NCBI GenBank assembly: GCA_963733675.1
Contig: CAVTET010000001.1
Location: 352,001 to 416,000, forward strand
Origin: an uncultured Methanosarcinaceae archaeon
Lineage (GTDB): Archaea > Halobacteriota > Methanosarcinia > Methanosarcinales > Methanosarcinaceae
Direction of reading: 5' to 3'
Length of the DNA stretch: 64,000 bases
The notes beneath the pieces are model-generated. The model was not told where the DNA came from. It saw nothing but the letters and a program-made list of their open reading frames with translations, and made no database searches. Positions 11,230 through 21,033 of this stretch are shown one piece after another. Position 1 is the stretch's first letter. Each line of letters begins with the position of its first letter. A program made the position numbers and the translations under genes.

Positions 11230-11900
11230 ATCAAACTTGTTGTGAATAGTATCAACATCCATAAAGAGATACCATTCTAAGCAATTTTTAGTGGAAATGA
11301 AGCAAAAAAAGATCCAGAGCAAAATATAGGGTATTCCAATCCATCTCTAACTTTTTTTCTTTGCAGGAATCCGTTTTAAATTTTTCTCGCGAATGTCTTT
11401 ATTTGCTCCGATCTTTTTAGGATAGATTATTCTTTGATTTTAGAGATAGCTTCCTCTATCCTCAAAATACTTCTTTTATTTTTAATGTCATCAAATGATA
11501 GAGGAGCTAACAAAAATCTTTACACAACATCTTCAGATTCACTCTTTAACAATGCTGTGAAATTTATATTCAAAGCTGACTTACAACCTTTTTTTGTCCA
11601 TGTTCAGTAGCTGACTCTTTTTGTTCTTCTTCATTTTCTCGAAGTTTATCCTCTTTTGCATGTCCAGGATCTGAATAGATAGAAGTAGAATCCTGAATAA
11701 TTACCTTTTTATTTTCAACTCAAGACAATCAAATTGACTTCACAACTGTCTTTATATTTCATTTTACTTGCGATTCTCAATAATTTCTTTTCTGATTAAC
11801 CATACTTTGGTACTTTCTAGTATGTACTAAGGAAAGCCAAGAAATTTCCTGAACGAGATTCAATCAATACACTGTTTCTTAAGCGCAAAGTCTGAAAGGC
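11230..11900 (-). pseudogene. Degraded IS5-family transposase
   Basis: VIIQDSTSIYSDPGHAK and WTKKG...YKFHSI fragments with many stops; boundaries approximate. Confidence 0.6.
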
Positions 11901-12005
11901 AATTCTACAGCTGTAAAACTAGTACTTTTAACATAATTATTAATTCTGATTCAGATCTACTTCAGGACACTGTTTTGTTAAAATATATCGACTTAAAAAT
12001 GATAC

Positions 12006-12182
12006 GAAAAATTTCCAATAAATTAATGAATCAATTTCAAAAAGTTTGTTTCTAATTGACTGAAATAAGTTGTATTTTTCATTAGGAACAAAATAAGTAA
12101 ACGTTTTCAGGAGTAAAAATTATTTTCAAGATATTTTAATTATTCAATACTTATAATACATATAAGTTTATCGAAATTTTCC
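12006..12182. mobile_element. Possible longer variant of the ~90-bp TIR element (MITE-B)
   Basis: GAAAAATTTCCAATAAATT ... AAGTTTATCGAAATTTTCC imperfect TIRs resembling MITE-B ends. Confidence 0.4.
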
Positions 12183-12615
12183 AGAATTTTATACACTACT
12201 GATTCGACAATTTGATTTTTACATTGAAGGGAACTTTTCATTCTAAGATAAATAGCAAAGCAATATTCTGAACCATAATTTTTTGACCAATTTTTTATAA
12301 TTCTATTTTATAAATAATTCTCGGGCCAAAGATGGTTATTTTTTCAAATTCTAATCAAATTTTTGACATTGAATTTAACAGATTAATATGGATATGATCG
12401 AAAATGTAGTCTTTTCCTAGTGAAAATATATTAACCATTGATTTTGCATCTTTTTTGTGATGAATGAAAAAAATACAGAATCATCAGATTTTACAGAATT
12501 TTCGGTAGCCTGCCAAAAATCTGGAAACCAGAAAATAATAAAAAATTTTACTTTCAAACATTTATAAATTCGCAAGATCTGGATTTATCCATAATTATCT
12601 GGTCATAAAAAGAAT

Positions 12616-13662
12616 TCATTTCGGTCCTTCAAAAAGAGACGGATATTTCTTTTTTAATGGTAAGCGAAGCTCTTCGTCCAATTTTGCATTATAAAGTGTT
12701 TTCACTTCAGAAAGTTGTTCAATTTTAAGATTTTTAGCTTGTATAAGGTCAGCCCCAGAAAGGTTAGCCTCAGAAAGGTTAGCCTCAGAAAAGTTAGCCT
12801 CAGAAAGGTTAGTCACAGAAAAAATAGCCTTAAGACCAGCCCTAGATAGGTTATCTTTAAGGTCAGCCTCAGAAAGGAAATCCGTATGGGCAACCCTAAG
12901 GTCTGCTCTGAGGTTAGCACTAGAAAGGTCGGCTCCAGATAGGTTAGCCCTATAAAAGTCAGCGCCAGAAAGGTTAGCCTCAGAAAAGTTAGCATCAGAA
13001 AGGTCAGCCTTAATAAGAATAGCATTAGAAAGGTCAGCTCTATAAAGGTTAGCTCTATAAAGGATAGCCTCAGAAAGGTTAGCACCAAAAAGGTTAGCTT
13101 CAGAAAGATTAGCACCAGAAAAGTTAGCCTTCAATAAATCAGAATATTGGAGATTAGTTCTCGAAAGATTTAGATTGTTGGTCTCTCCAGACTCAAAGGA
13201 GTATTTGCGTCTTCGAAGGATAGTGAGAATCACTTGAATGTCTAAAGTTACATTTTTCACTGCTATGCCTTGTTTTTTTGCACTTTCGCTAGCTTGAGTA
13301 TCCATAAATATGGGTTCTCTTATCAGAGAACTTTCTAATAATTGATTATCAACGCTAGAATTTTTCCTAACGTAAGCCGTCAAAATTTCCATAATTGGCC
13401 AGTAATCTTTCTCAGATTCAGTTGAAATTCTCTCAAGAGTATATATTCCACCTAACCTAGTCTCCATTTTTTCATTTCCCAACTGATCGATAGCCCGATT
13501 GAAACCTTCAGTAATCTGCCATTCCTGAGCAATACTTACTTCTTTTTCAGTAGCATAAACTTGATTCACCGTAACAAGAGTTTCTTTGCGAGTATAATAT
13601 AAAGTAATGATGGCGACAATGGAAGCAAAGCCTATAATGTATATTAGTTCACTCAAATTCAT
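12616..13662 (-). CDS. Membrane-anchored pentapeptide-repeat protein
   Basis: N-terminal TM helix; FNRAIDQLG...RLGGIYTLERI domain; many A(D/N)L(S/Y)x repeats with 15-bp periodicity. Confidence 0.9.
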   Translation of the reverse strand: MNLSELIYIIGFASIVAIITLYYTRKETLVTVNQVYATEKEVSIAQEWQITEGFNRAIDQLGNEKMETRLGGIYTLERISTESEKDYWPIMEILTAYVRKNSSVDNQLLESSLIREPIFMDTQASESAKKQGIAVKNVTLDIQVILTILRRRKYSFESGETNNLNLSRTNLQYSDLLKANFSGANLSEANLFGANLSEAILYRANLYRADLSNAILIKADLSDANFSEANLSGADFYRANLSGADLSSANLRADLRVAHTDFLSEADLKDNLSRAGLKAIFSVTNLSEANFSEANLSEANLSGADLIQAKNLKIEQLSEVKTLYNAKLDEELRLPLKKKYPSLFEGPK

Positions 13663-13727
13663 ATTTATTCATCTTTAGAGTTATTTTAGAGTATAAAGAG
13701 ATACTTAATTGTGATTTGGAATATATA

Positions 13728-13850
13728 TTATTCCCACCAGAATCGCCACCAAGGTTTTTTAGCTCCTGGCACTTCAAATGACTTCAGATTAAGCATTGTT
13801 TGTAAATGGACATCCTGAGCTTGCGTAGTCTTCTTGAAAATTAGTAAAAA
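13728..13850 (-). pseudogene. C-terminal fragment ending ...VPGAKKPWWRFWWE* (DUF536/RocS-like tail)
   Basis: Minus strand reads KKTTQAQDVHLQTMLNLKSFEVPGAKKPWWRFWWE*; no 5' part; IS6 lies about 45 bp away. Confidence 0.5.
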
Positions 13851-13895
13851 TCATAGACCCTATGTGTCTATGATCTAAAAGTTTATAGTCCTAAA

Positions 13896-14148
13896 GGTTC
13901 CGTTGCAAAAAATTCAAAAAAATATGTAAATCTATAGGTAATGAATAAAAATCAGAATATTCAAAGAAAATGCACTAACATTATAAAACTATACCAAACA
14001 ATTGATTAATGTATTTGACTTCATTAAGAACAGAGTAATTTAGATCATTTACTTGTCCTTTTTTGATCATATTCATAGCTTCAATTCCTTTTAAAGTCTT
14101 ATTAGTAGATTGAAAAGACTGAAATCCTAACATTGGATTAACGATTCG
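13896..14148 (-). mobile_element. Truncated IS6 copy 2 (3' end only)
   Basis: TIR at 13896 and the transposase 3' end; breaks exactly at the TIR of copy 3. Confidence 0.9.
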
Positions 14149-15003
14149 GGTTCCGTTGCAAAAAATCCTTTCTAATGATACAATAGAATAAAAAGAAAAC
14201 CAAAGATAGTAACATTCTATCTAATTCCTTTAAATGGAAGCATTATGAAGGGGAAATTATCTTATTGAATGTAAGATGGTACTTAAAATATGCATTAAGT
14301 TATAGAAATTTGAAGGAAATGATGGCAGAAAGGGGAGTAAAAGTCGACCATACAACAATCATGAGATGGGTACATCAATATTCCCCTGAAATAGAAAAGA
14401 AGATAAGAAGACATTTAAGACCAACAAATGATTCGTGGAGAGTTGATGAAACCTATATCAAAGTAAAAGGTAAATGGAAATATTTTTACCGAGCAGTTGA
14501 CTCAAATGGAGATACAATTGATTTCATGTTAAGTTCAAAACGAGATAGAAAGGCAGCGAAGAGATTCTTTAAGAAAGCTTTAAGTTCTAATCATAATCAA
14601 ATTCCAAGATTAATAACCGTTGATAAGAATCCAGCTTATCCACCTGCTATAGATAAACTAAAAATTGATAAAATACTACCTAAAAACGTAGGCATTCGAC
14701 AAATCAAATATTTGAATAACATTATAGAACAAGATCACAGATCTATAAAGAGAATCGTTAATCCAATGTTAGGATTTCAGTCTTTTCGATCTGCTAATAA
14801 GACTTTAAAAGGAATTGAAGCTATAAATATGATCAAAAAAGGACAAGTAAATGATCTAAATTACTCTGTTCTTAATGAAGTCAAATACATTAATCAATTA
14901 TTTGGTATAGTTTTATAATGTTAGTACATTTTCCTTGAATACTTTGATTTTTATTCATTACTTATAGATTTATATATTTTTTTGAATTTTTTGCAACGGA
15001 ACC
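14149..15003 (+). mobile_element. IS6 copy 3; transposase ORF 14265-14918 with the native ATG mutated to ATT
   Basis: Both TIRs present; AACATTCTATCT here versus AACATGCTATCT in copy 4; abuts the truncated acr3. Confidence 0.95.
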
Positions 15004-15746
15004 ATATATTCACCTTTTAAAGAGAACATTACAATAATCATAAATAGTAGAGCATAAAGTGAAATAGTACCTGCTTTAGGAATGAATTTGCCGTCATACC
15101 ATTTTGCTCCTTTTGAAGGACGCAAGAAGTAACGGGTTAAAAATCCAGCAGCAAAGGGAATTCCCAGGTATATTGCAACACTTTGGGCTACCTCTCCCAT
15201 GGATACATGTATTTCAATACCACTAAGTCCAAGCCACCCGGGTAGTGTGGTTATAGAAAAGTAAGCAAAAACGGAATAAAAAACTAACTGGAAGATAGAA
15301 TTGAAGGCAACTAAAGCTGCAGCATACTCATTATCCTCATCTGCTAGGGTATTCCAAACAATCACCATTGCGATACATCTGGCCAAACCAATTAGAATGA
15401 CACCTACCATATACTCAGGATAAGCTCTAAGAAATATAATCGCCAATACAAACATCAAAATAGGACCAATGACCCAATTTTCTAGTAAGGATAATCCTAA
15501 TACCTTGTGATTTTTGAATACCTTTCCTAATTCTTCGTATTTGACCCTTGCTAAGGGAGGATCCATCATAACTATCAAACCAATGGCAATAGGACTCGAG
15601 GTAGTTCCAATAGATAGACTCTTTAAAAAATCTGCAAATCCTGGATAAACAAAGCCTAAACCTACACCAATAAACATAGCTAGAAAAATCCATAAGGTTA
15701 AATAACGATTTAGAAAAGATAATTTTGACAAAGCAGAGTCTTCCAA
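15004..15746 (-). pseudogene. acr3: ACR3 arsenite efflux transporter truncated by IS6
   Basis: [16 protein letters not shown] and [12 protein letters not shown] motifs; the ORF runs into the IS6 TIR after FSLKGEY. Confidence 0.9.
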
Positions 15747-15786
15747 AAAAACACCTTCTATTCGTGATTATAACCGATTACTTATC

Positions 15787-16125
15787 ATCAATCGCAAGAT
15801 CTACCACTTGCTTTGATCTTCTCCAGTAATTCTAAATCTTCTTTACAAATGCTGATTTTTTCTATTTCGTCGTTGATGATGATTGAAAGGAAGGAAAATA
15901 TTTGAAAAATCGAACTATTAAGTCTATAATAGACCCATTGTGACTTTTTTTAGAAACACTGATTCCTGCTATTTTCATTCTATTTAAGTGTCTGGAAGCA
16001 TTGGACTGTTTAATGCCCATGACTGATTCAATATCACAGCCACACAATTCACCGCTTCTTAAAAGATTCAGTATTCGTATTCTGTTTTCATCAACCAACG
16101 CCTTAAATATGTGAACAATATCCAC
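15787..16125 (-). pseudogene. arsR: ArsR repressor, frameshifted
   Basis: FKALVDENRIRIL...ELCGCDI...QSNASRHL; the expected SQWVYYRLN lies in another frame after an A-run near 15945-15951. Confidence 0.8.
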
Positions 16126-16277
16126 AGATATCGCCGAAATTATATGAGTATATGCAAGTATACTCACAGTATATTTAATAATGCTTTTTTGGCTCTTTAG
16201 AATCTCTCAATTTAGAAACTTTTTAAATACGGTATGATAATATAATAATTGGGGCCAGCGGGAACCGCAAAAGCCAT

Positions 16278-16400
16278 TCAATCCTGCGGGTTAATTTCAA
16301 TTGCTTTGTCAAATGCTGCAATTACTTCATCTAAATTGTCTAATTTCCCTAGACCAAATTCTTTATTGTACAAAGCCTCAAAGCCTATGGGCAGTTCTGA
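16278..16400 (-). pseudogene. Single TPR fragment
   Basis: LYNKEFGLGKLDNLDEVIAAFDKAIEINPQD, similar to the TPR repeats at 39778-40404. Confidence 0.6.
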
Positions 16401-16679
16401 AATAATATTAATTGTAGCCCCAATTTCAGAGAAGGCTGCGATGCTTTCCATATGATGTACTTGTAGAGGCTCTCTCAATATATATGAATTTACAATAATT
16501 ATTTTGAAGAAAGCAATATAATACAGTTTCCATTAGAAATAGTGGGGTTTTGAATTTACTATATATTTTCTATTAATTTTAAGCTTCCTATAATGTTCAT
16601 GCACCTATCATTATTAACTCATAATATGTAGAATAACTAAGTTAGGTGATTTATGAAACGATTAGTTTCCTTATTTTGC

Positions 16680-16900
16680 TTACACTTGTATATGGAAATT
16701 CCTCAATGACCTTACTGACTAAGGACCCGGTTCCATATCCAGTATCAATCCATACTTTCGGGCTGATTGGTAGCGATTTTACGAAGTTGAGGGTCTCCTG
16801 ATGGAAAGAGAAGTAATAAGGAATAGCACCGGAGATCTTGGTATCATAATCTTCGGAAAGATAGTAAGTATAATTTTTTGTAGATTGTACAGGAGTCATA
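16680..16900 (-). pseudogene. N-terminal fragment of a class I SAM-dependent methyltransferase
   Basis: YDTKISGAIPYYFSFHQET...WIDTGYGTGSL (motif I variant); truncated. Confidence 0.6.
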
Positions 16901-17141
16901 GTAGTAGATCCTTTGAATTCTACGATAAGTAAACTTTGCTGACATTGTATGGTCGAACAAAATAAGTAAAGAAAATACCTCATCATTCAATCATGCTAAG
17001 CAATTGAACTCGTTGAACGAATTAATCATATTTTTTCGTTTTTAGACAAGGCAATTACTATCTATTCTCCGATGAAATAGCGGTTGATAGAATAAATATA
17101 AACTGATTTTAATTGAAAACAAGTTTTGAGAATGAATTAAT

Positions 17142-17336
17142 TTGTCACTAAGAGATATAATACCTAAGGAAATTGACTTCCTTGTAAAAAAAGCCTTGGA
17201 AGAACTAGAGTCTGTTGATTCAAAGATAATTCCCACTTACAAGATGTTCGTAGAAAAAAATAGTGATTTTAAAATGCAGGAGTTGTTTAGGATAAGGAAA
17301 AAACTTCCCTGCCCATCGCATATACCACTGTTGTGA
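17142..17336 (+). CDS. Small hypothetical protein, possibly frameshifted
   Basis: Protein-like N-terminus MSLRDIIPKEIDFLVKKALEELES; no recognisable family. Confidence 0.3.
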   Translation: MSLRDIIPKEIDFLVKKALEELESVDSKIIPTYKMFVEKNSDFKMQELFRIRKKLPCPSHIPLL

Positions 17337-17674
17337 ATTTAAGGAGATACTCAAAGAGGACAGGTATTAGTTACTTGTCAAATTCATATCTCCTGCAATC
17401 ACTCAATTAAATTTATTGAATTTTCTAAAAAGCTTTTTCTTGTGAACTATTGAACAAATTATATACTAATCAAAATAGTCATTCGGAACTACAACAAACC
17501 GGAACTACTGAGGAGATACGAGATTATTTATATCAGGCTGGCATTTAGCAGGCAAAAAAGTTATCCCATCTTTTAATTCAATGCAAATTCATTCAGATAC
17601 ATAATTTATCAATACTTTGTATATATCTTAAATATCACATATTCTACACATATTACATATTTGAGAGGTAAAAT

Positions 17675-18853
17675 ATGTTTCAGATAGGAGAAGCATTAAT
17701 GGGGCAGGGCTCAGAACTTGCCCATGTCGATTTAATGATAGGAGATAAACTTGGTCCTGTGGGACAGGCTTTTGCAAACGGCCTGACTCAACTTTCGGCT
17801 GGACACACACCACTTCTATCCGTCATCAGGCCAAACCTACCACCAAAACCTTCCACCCTTATAATTCCAAAGGTTACGGTAAAGAATATGGAGCAGGCAG
17901 CAAAGATTTTCGGACCTGCCCAGTCAGCAGTTGCAAAAGCAGTAGCAGATTCTGTCGAAGAAGGCGTAATCTTGAAGGAACAAGTTGAAAACATTGTTAT
18001 TGTAGCAAGCGTCTTCATTCACCCAGAAGCTAAGGACTATAACAAAATTTATAGATACAACTACGGAGCCACAAAACTCGCAATTAAACGTGCTATGGAA
18101 AGCTTCCCGGATATTGATAGAGTTCTCGAAGAGAGCAATAAATCCACACATGCAATTATGGGATTCAAAGTCATTAGGCTCTGGGATCCGCCCTATTTAC
18201 AGATCGCTTTTGACAACCCCAACTTGGAAACTGCACTTTCTGCCATCTCCCAGATTCCTAACAGCGATCATGTGATCATTGAAGCTGGTACGCCTCTTAT
18301 CAAACGCTATGGGGTAGATATCATCTCAAAGATTAGGCAGGTAAGACCCGATGCCTTCATTGTCGCTGACTTAAAGACCCTTGATACTGGAAACCTGGAA
18401 GCAAGGATGGTTGCAGATGCCGCAGGTGATGCCATTGTAGTCTCTGCTCTTGCTCCGATCAACACTATTGATAAACTCATCGAGGAAGCCCACAAAACAG
18501 GTATTTATGCAGTCATGGATACTCTCAACGAGCATGATCCAATTTCAGTCTTAAAGAATCTTAAGGTTATGCCGGATGTCATTGAACTCCATCGTGGAAT
18601 TGACATCGAAAGTACTGAACATGCCTGGGGAGATATTGCCGAGATCAAGAAGGTTGCTCCAAAAGCTTTAATTGCCGTTGCAGGTGGAGTTCGTCTCGAC
18701 AATGTATCCATGGCTCTAAACCAGGGGGCTGACATTCTTGTCGTCGGGCGTGCAATCACCAATGCAAAAGATGTTAGGGAAGTCGCAGAGCAGTTTATCA
18801 ATAGCCTTAATAAACCTGAAATTGATCAATTCAGAATTATGACGGACTTTTGA
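17675..18853 (+). CDS. fae-hps: Bifunctional formaldehyde-activating enzyme / 3-hexulose-6-phosphate synthase
   Basis: [19 protein letters not shown] Fae domain; EAGTPLIK and [12 protein letters not shown] domain. Confidence 0.95.
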   Translation: MFQIGEALMGQGSELAHVDLMIGDKLGPVGQAFANGLTQLSAGHTPLLSVIRPNLPPKPSTLIIPKVTVKNMEQAAKIFGPAQSAVAKAVADSVEEGVILKEQVENIVIVASVFIHPEAKDYNKIYRYNYGATKLAIKRAMESFPDIDRVLEESNKSTHAIMGFKVIRLWDPPYLQIAFDNPNLETALSAISQIPNSDHVIIEAGTPLIKRYGVDIISKIRQVRPDAFIVADLKTLDTGNLEARMVADAAGDAIVVSALAPINTIDKLIEEAHKTGIYAVMDTLNEHDPISVLKNLKVMPDVIELHRGIDIESTEHAWGDIAEIKKVAPKALIAVAGGVRLDNVSMALNQGADILVVGRAITNAKDVREVAEQFINSLNKPEIDQFRIMTDF

Positions 18854-18939
18854 GCAGATTTTAAAATCTCGGGAAAAGATCCTGGAAAAAACTGCTAAAA
18901 AAGTAAAATATAACACAATCATATGGTAGAAAAATATAA

Positions 18940-18972
18940 GAGAAAGCGTTAAAATTCTCGCTTTCTTTTCCA
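18940..18972 (+). terminator. Hairpin plus T-rich tract between fae-hps and tpiA
   Basis: GAGAAAGCG...CGCTTTCTTTT. Confidence 0.4.
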
Positions 18973-19002
18973 TTTTCTATTTGTTTTTCGGGAGGAGATT
19001 TC

Positions 19003-19671
19003 TTGGGTTTACCCTTCATTTTACTGAATTTCAAGACTTATATGCAGGGTACAGGTCAGAATGCATTGAAAATTGCAACAGCCTGTAAAGTAGTATCTGA
19101 AGAATCAGGTATCAAAATTGCAGTGGCTCCACAGCTTCCAGACATTTACAGAGTAGCCTCGGAAGTTGAACTTCAGGTCTTTTCTCAACACATGGACGGA
19201 ATAGGAGAAGGAAGTTTTACTGGGTATATTTTTGGAGGGTGTATAAAAGAAGCAGGAGCCTTCGGGACTCTGATAAATCATTCTGAAAGGCGTCTGACTC
19301 TTGCAGATATTGAAGCTTCCATGAGGGCAGCAAGAGACTTCGGACTAAGAACAGTTATCTGTACTAATAACATCCCTACTACAGTAGCAGCCGCGGCCCT
19401 TGGTCCCGATTATGTTGCAATCGAGCCTCCTGAGCTAATAGGTAGCGGAATCTCAGTCTCAAAGGTCGATCCTGAAGTCGTTAGTGGCTCGGTTGAAGCA
19501 GTTGCAAAAATCAATCATGAAGTAAAAGTACTTTGTGGAGCCGGGATCTCAAAAGGTGACGATCTCAGGGCAGCTCTTGATCTTGGATCTGAAGGTGTGC
19601 TCCTGGCATCAGGAATCGTTAAAGCAAAAGACCCAAAAGCCGCACTTGAAGATTTGATCAGTCTAGTTTAA
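19003..19671 (+). CDS. tpiA: Archaeal triosephosphate isomerase
   Basis: LNFKTY, INHSE, AIEPPELIG, LCGAGI and GVLLASG motifs. Confidence 0.95.
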   Translation: MGLPFILLNFKTYMQGTGQNALKIATACKVVSEESGIKIAVAPQLPDIYRVASEVELQVFSQHMDGIGEGSFTGYIFGGCIKEAGAFGTLINHSERRLTLADIEASMRAARDFGLRTVICTNNIPTTVAAAALGPDYVAIEPPELIGSGISVSKVDPEVVSGSVEAVAKINHEVKVLCGAGISKGDDLRAALDLGSEGVLLASGIVKAKDPKAALEDLISLV

Positions 19672-20129
19672 GTTTCACTTCCTACATTTTATTTAAAAAA
19701 GTCTGGATACTAAGGAATACATCGACCTATTTGAAAAGAATTCAGCTTCTCAGCCACTATTTCTCTAATCTCTCACAATTATTTCGCTACGTAATCCAAA
19801 TCTATTGATTTGTTTTTAAGTTATCACAAATATGTATTGTAAATCTATTGAAATTCGAGAAACATAATCCATCGCCAACGATTAAAGAAAATTAGCTCAA
19901 AAAAATTACCCACGATGTCTTGAATTCAACATTTTGAAGATGTACACACACGTAGAATGTCGTTAGTTTACTATTTGTGCTAATTAAATTAACAATTTAT
20001 TGGCCAGTGGAATTGCCTAAAAAACCAATTTTACATCCATGATCACGGTCAAATTTGATCCGTCCATGGTAACTTACTGATTACTTTTTAGACAGGCTTG
20101 AAAATCAAATTTCGATTAGAATTCTTGCC

Positions 20130-20530
20130 CACAATAATGACGAGTCAATTTAAGTTGTAAAGGGCACTGTTTTGAGTTTGATGCAATCGATATTAATGAT
20201 TACAATGTACTTCTTTTCATAGGATCTGAATCAAAATATTCTCCTCCAAAAATGATGCAGATTATAAAAAGCATCACAAAAGGAAAAATCTTTAAAGAAT
20301 ATCTAAGATTAAAAACAGTTAAATGATTGTGAACTGTGGGTTGATGGAGAATATATTGGAACTATGAATTATGGTACAAATTTCGATGTAATTAAAAACT
20401 ATTTTGAAGATCAGGGAAACAAGGAAGAGAATGAGCATATAAGAAAATGGAAGTAGTTGATTTTAAATAATTAATGTATATCCAAATTGTGGCGTGAACA
20501 TAAACTGTGCTTTCAGTGGGATGCGAAACC
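20130..20530 (+). pseudogene. Degraded IS200/IS605 TnpA
   Basis: SKYSPPKMMQIIKSITK..IFKEY and DVIKNYFEDQG fragments; boundaries approximate. Confidence 0.65.
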
Positions 20531-20599
20531 GAACTTTTGATTTAGAGCCTGTTATTCAAAGAATTTCAAATTTTTTTGAATGAATTTTTTGACTATTGA

Positions 20600-20667
20600 A
20601 GCTTTGCACCTAAAGTCCCATTTCAGCCAGACTTTAAGTGCAAGAATTAGACTTTCGGTGCAAAGCC
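20600..20667. mobile_element. 68-bp miniature TIR element with 9-bp TSD (MITE-C)
   Basis: AGCTTTGCACCTAAAGTC ... GACTTTCGGTGCAAAGCC; flanks GACTATTGA / GAATATTGA. Confidence 0.6.
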
Positions 20668-21033
20668 GAATATTGAGTAAAATTTATATCAAAAAGTGGG
20701 AAAATTTAAATCGACAAAGTAGGGAATGTAATCCACCATTGACATTAGTTTAATATTTATTCTGTTAGCATACAATATGCCAAATTCAATGATAAAAATT
20801 TGATCATGTCCATGAGTTGTTGAAAATCAAAATACTCTATTTATATTTATAAAGATTAAAGGAATGTAATTTGTTTCCCGGTGATCAATAACTCAAATAA
20901 ACCATCAATAATTTGAAAACTATAATATTACTCATCTATGTCTCCAAAAATGAAAATATCCTTTCAACATAAAAATCAAGTTGTCAAATTGGGATAAAAA
21001 AAGAAAAGATGATCACAATTTCTTAATTCCTTT

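Noticed and set aside
12760-13140. 15-bp periodic repeats as a CRISPR-like array
   Set aside because: Coding pentapeptide repeats with no spacers.
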